Part shown: one piece after another, positions 43,770-46,443 of the stretch
Layout of the letters: each line of letters opens with the position of its first letter
Numbering within the stretch: position 1 is the first letter of the stretch
Source: a virus
Lineage: Duplodnaviria; Caudoviricetes
Virus record (IMG/VR): IMGVR_UViG_3300039916_000015
Span: 1-46,443 of that record
Length of the DNA: 46,443 nt
Direction: 5' to 3' (one strand)
Position numbers and translations under genes: made by a program
The notes under the pieces: model-generated
What the model was told of the DNA's origin: nothing
Database searches by the model: none
The model's input: the letters and a program-made list of their open reading frames with translations, nothing else

Positions 43770-44059
43770 ACCGCGTCCTGATCCTGTCCGCCCTGCTGAT
43801 GGCTGGGTGCACGCCAATGCCAAAACCCGCGCCTGAGCCGGTCGTGGTGTTCAAGGAGGTCAAGGTGCCGGTCGCCATCGCCTGCGACCCCGACATCGGC
43901 CCTGAGCCCGCCTACGTGGACACGCCCGAGGCCATCACCGCCGCGCCGGACATCTTCGCCCGTACCGTCCTGCTGCTCGCTGGCCGGGCCCAGCGTATCG
44001 CAAGGGAGGGGGTGAAGTCGGCGGCCCTGGAGGAATGTCGACGTTCCTCGAGCCCATGA
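43766..44059 (+). CDS. Outer-membrane lipoprotein spanin (Rz1-like)
   Basis: Lipobox LMAGC, Pro-rich, VKVPVAIAC. Confidence 0.85.
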   Translation: MNRVLILSALLMAGCTPMPKPAPEPVVVFKEVKVPVAIACDPDIGPEPAYVDTPEAITAAPDIFARTVLLLAGRAQRIAREGVKSAALEECRRSSSP

Positions 44060-44349
44060 ACGTTGCCGGGCTAGGGTGGCCGGAATAGGAGGCTGTGATA
44101 TTTAGGGATCTCCCTTAATACCATGACGGCTGCTACGCATTGTTGCCGCCTCATTTCGGGCAATGAACGGGACCCGCCTACGCCAACGGCACGTCGCTTG
44201 ATCTTCTCCTTGGCTTGCCTAAATGCCGATGACAACGTATTGCGCCGCCGCTTCGACATGTTTGGAGCGTATTAGCATTTTGCGCGCTTAATCGTTTGAC
44301 AGAGAGTCTCAATCGGATTCGTATGCGCATTGACCAAGGGAGCAGCGCG

Positions 44350-44538
44350 ATGAACTGGAACATTTTGGCTAGCGTCAAGGTCGACGATATTACGCGCACG
44401 CGAGCCTCGGGACGCCCCGTGAACACTCACGTGACTCCAGCGCGCGCGCCGAATAGACCGAACTACGAAATGATGCAGCGGATGGTGCACGACCGTTCTA
44501 TGGTCGTGGAAACTAAAACCTACGAGCCCACCGCTTGA
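44350..44538 (+). CDS. 62-aa hypothetical protein coupled to the protease
   Basis: AAGGGAG RBS; stop overlaps the TTG start of the next gene; TTGACA upstream at 44296. Confidence 0.6.
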   Translation: MNWNILASVKVDDITRTRASGRPVNTHVTPARAPNRPNYEMMQRMVHDRSMVVETKTYEPTA

Positions 44539-45386
44539 GCAGCGACGCGGCTCTGAGCCAGTTTCCTCGGACCGCTGATCTTCCCACACAAAGTCCTCTT
44601 CATTGGGTTGCGCAAAAAGACCGCTATTTGCGCCAAGTGATGATCCGAGACATAGAAGCCATCACTGGGCGCCGGCTTGTCGTCTATTTTGCCAATCGGT
44701 TTCGTGACGATGCCGGTATTGATGACGCCGATCCAGCTTACATCGTTGAGCTCTTGGGCGACATTGCAGAAGGCGAGCCGGTCGACCTGCTGATCGAGAC
44801 CAACGGCGGGAAGACCGATTCCACCGAGGCGCTGGTCGCGATCATTCAAAACCAACTCGCCGATTTCCGCGTCATCATCGCAAATGCCGCAAAAAGTAAC
44901 GGCACGCTTATCTGTCTAGCTGCCAATACGATTGTCATGGGCCCGGCGTCCGAGCTAGGTCCAATCGATCCTCACCTAAACGGCGTGCCTTGCACGGTTT
45001 TGTCGAACCCGATTGTGGCGAACACGAACTTTCCGCTGCATCAGCTTGCAGTGCTCGGCCTCAAACAAACGCGGAAGCTGGCTGAGCGCTTGCTTCGTGA
45101 CGGCATGATGAAGGGCTCTCAGTCCGATGAAGTCGAACGGGTGGTCAACTCGCTTGCGACTCGAGACACATACTTCTCGCATGGTTCCGCAATTGATCAT
45201 CGGGAAGCTGCTGCGCTGGGGTTGAAGGTAAAATATGTCGCCGGCGGTGATCCACTATGGGATCGGATTTGGCTGCTCTATTGCATGTATGACTTTGATA
45301 CACGCAGGGATGGCTACCTGAAGGTCTTCGAAGGTCGCGCACGCAGCGTTGCTGTAAGCGCGCCACCCCTTCTTGCGACCTCCTAA
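44535..45386 (+). CDS. SDH-family Clp-fold serine protease
   Basis: VDLLIETNGG, AKSNGTLICL (Ser), LGPIDP (Asp), SHGSAI (His). Confidence 0.85.
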   Translation: MSSDAALSQFPRTADLPTQSPLHWVAQKDRYLRQVMIRDIEAITGRRLVVYFANRFRDDAGIDDADPAYIVELLGDIAEGEPVDLLIETNGGKTDSTEALVAIIQNQLADFRVIIANAAKSNGTLICLAANTIVMGPASELGPIDPHLNGVPCTVLSNPIVANTNFPLHQLAVLGLKQTRKLAERLLRDGMMKGSQSDEVERVVNSLATRDTYFSHGSAIDHREAAALGLKVKYVAGGDPLWDRIWLLYCMYDFDTRRDGYLKVFEGRARSVAVSAPPLLATS

Positions 45387-45399
45387 ACAGAGACGGTTT

Positions 45400-45717
45400 C
45401 TAGGCTCCGCTATCGGAGCCCATTATCCTCCGAAGGTGGCCGTTCGGCTTTTGAGGTTCGAGATCGCGATACGGCTCGCCGCGATCTCCGGCCGCTGCTC
45501 GGGATAGCACAGACGTCGCCGCCGCCGTGCTCACTGAAACCCTGCTTTCCCTGATCCGTATGCCGTCTGCGATAGTCTGTAGGCGGCTGGTTTGCATCGT
45601 GCTCAGCCGGTTGATCCAATCATCTGTCTGCGCGGTGATGAGGCCGGGCTTGAGGCTATCGTCGCCAGCGGCCATCAGCATGGCATCCAGGTTGTCGTTC
45701 AGTTCGTCATCGGTCAT
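45400..45717 (-). CDS. Hypothetical protein
   Basis: Follows SRAP on the same strand; 105 aa. Confidence 0.55.
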   Translation of the reverse strand: MTDDELNDNLDAMLMAAGDDSLKPGLITAQTDDWINRLSTMQTSRLQTIADGIRIRESRVSVSTAAATSVLSRAAAGDRGEPYRDLEPQKPNGHLRRIMGSDSGA

Positions 45718-45741
45718 GACCGTCGCTATAATCCGAGTCGA

Positions 45742-46443
45742 TCATATGTATTTAAGCGCGCCGTCCGGCAGAGCGCGCTGCAGTTCCTTAGCGATCTCCC
45801 ACGGCTCCGACATCCACGTCTCGATCTCGTCCGGCTTTGTCAGGATCACGGGCATGGCCTTCGGGTGAACGGCTCCGACCTCGGCGTTCGGCTCGGTCGT
45901 CAGGAAGGCGAAGACGTCGATCGTCTCCATGCCGGTCTTGATCTTGCGGACGCCAGTATGGGCCTGAAGGTGGATGCCGGCAAAGAAGGCCAGCGGATCG
46001 GGATCGTCGCCCGCCAGCTTGAACCAGATCGGCCGGTATTTGCCCGCCGCGTCCCGGCCGGGTTCGCTGAAGGCTGTAAATGGGACCAGGCAGCGGGACG
46101 CCGGCGAAAGGTGCGGGCGCCAGTGCGTCGAGCTGGTGTTGCGGACGTTGGTCGTGCCGCTGTCGGGTTCGAACTCAAGGATCTTCTGGAAATCGACCTC
46201 GCCGCCCTTGGCGCGCAGCTTGTCGGCCCGCTTGGTCGCGTTGTCGAAGATCATCTTTTTGGACGACGGCATGCCCCAGCGTGCGGACGCGAGGATGCGC
46301 TCGTCGCCGTCCCATCGAACGATCGGTGCGGGGTAGTCGGGGTAGATGTCGCCAGGCGCCAGATTGCCGACGGTCGACCGCGTGGCCTGAGCCATGTCCA
46401 TGATGGCCTGGGGGCCGGCGCGCTGGCGATAGAGGTTGCACAT
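45742..46443 (-). CDS. SOS response-associated peptidase (SRAP/HMCES/YedK family)
   Basis: N-terminal MCN, RWGMP, TNVRN, RCLVP..F.E, FLTTEPN, HPKAMPVIL. Confidence 0.95.
   Translation of the reverse strand: MCNLYRQRAGPQAIMDMAQATRSTVGNLAPGDIYPDYPAPIVRWDGDERILASARWGMPSSKKMIFDNATKRADKLRAKGGEVDFQKILEFEPDSGTTNVRNTSSTHWRPHLSPASRCLVPFTAFSEPGRDAAGKYRPIWFKLAGDDPDPLAFFAGIHLQAHTGVRKIKTGMETIDVFAFLTTEPNAEVGAVHPKAMPVILTKPDEIETWMSEPWEIAKELQRALPDGALKYI

Larger units (their letters stand above)
1..46443. mobile_element. Lambda-like temperate siphophage / prophage (alphaproteobacterial host inferred); boundaries and att sites not identified
   Basis: Complete ordered set: integrase, xis, CI/Cro, initiator, cos, terminase, portal, protease, capsid, tail, lysis genes; no host housekeeping synteny in the window. 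Confidence 0.95.

Noticed and set aside
44071-44259. 62-aa basic minus-strand ORF
   Set aside because: No clear RBS or motif; may be the promoter region of the protease cassette, though a real small gene cannot be excluded
44296-44349. TTG start for an 80-aa ORF
   Set aside because: TTGACA looks like a -35 element; ATG 44350 has a good RBS
46054-46066. Possible sixth palindrome copy (CCGGCCGGGTTCG) and an apparent ~6.5-kb spacing of the sites
   Set aside because: Three mismatches and it lies in the conserved SRAP FSEP coding motif; no copy was found near 33 kb, so periodicity is unsupported
1-46443. tRNA, rRNA, att repeats, full CtrA boxes
   Set aside because: None recognised by eye; tRNAscan, a repeat search with flanking sequence and a motif scan would be needed to exclude them

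Overview
The whole window reads as one apparently intact, GC-rich, lambda-like temperate siphophage genome, probably a prophage. No att sites are visible. The host is inferred to be an alphaproteobacterium, probably Caulobacteraceae-like, from the DnaN and SRAP sequence types and the promoter motifs. Left to right: a three-gene cargo cassette (STAS-like/HATPase kinase, STAS DUF4325-like protein, membrane protein); integrase and excisionase; a leftward early operon with a phage-borne DNA polymerase III beta clamp and a large orphan ParB; a CI/Cro switch with five CGGT-N6-ACCG operators; a rightward early operon with CII, DnaA-domain-IV-like and OmpR/CtrA-like DNA-binding proteins and an initiator carrying its own iterons; a lambda-type cos site; lambda-like head and tail modules; a split lysis cassette interrupted by a fibre module and an antisense moron; a small-protein plus SDH Clp-fold protease cassette; and SRAP. 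The most striking unexplained signal is a 13-bp palindrome, CGAACC(G/C)GGTTCG, often extending towards TGACGAACCSGGTTCGTC. It is dispersed at five sites across the genome, mostly inside genes, and has the same architecture as the KorB operator. Together with the ParA-less ParB, it suggests a phage-encoded ParB/dispersed-parS system for long-range regulation or partitioning. All product calls come from motif recognition and synteny, not from database searches.
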